This document shows, in pieces, positions 60,864 through 64,000 of a stretch of DNA of 64,000 bases. Origin of the DNA: a phage. The position numbers and the translations under genes were made by a program. A model generated the notes under the pieces. That model searched no databases. It was given only the letters and a program-made list of their open reading frames with translations, and was not told the origin of the DNA. The stretch lies in the sequence record PZ445439.1; one strand, 5' to 3'. Numbering within the stretch: the first letter of the stretch is position 1; each line of letters begins with the position of its first letter.

Positions 60864-64000
<3,137 letters not shown>

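Overview
This window is a segment of a T4-like (T-even, Tevenvirinae) myovirus genome, very close to T4 but not identical (for example the lysozyme ends ...TGTWKAYI and nrdD is uninterrupted). Positions 1-43396 are the densely packed early/middle region, transcribed leftward (minus strand): gene 47, a GIY-YIG seg-like gene, alpha-glucosyltransferase, gp55, the nrdH/nrdG/nrdD cluster, endonuclease VII, nrdC, rI, tk, regB, denV, internal proteins, lysozyme e, nudE, the tRNA cluster with segB, 57B (Acb1), 57A and genes 1, 3, 2, 4. Positions 43444-64000 are the late baseplate/tail-fibre/terminase module on the plus strand: 53, 5, 5.1, 5.4, 6-12, wac, 13-16 and 17 (cut by the window end). Eight tRNAs, T4-type early promoters, TATAAATA late promoters and many tetraloop hairpin terminators are readable directly. 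No CRISPR array, integrase or transposase was found, and I did not find a clearly novel multi-gene system. The most unusual content is accessory: a rearranged locus of capsid-targeted internal proteins (one sitting in a terminator-flanked cassette), a macro-domain protein, secreted proteins including an SLT-like transglycosylase, tandem paralogue arrays, and a membrane-protein family next to a PspA-like protein. All calls rest on reading the sequence and on recalled T4 biology; no database search was run, and gene names given by position are inferences.
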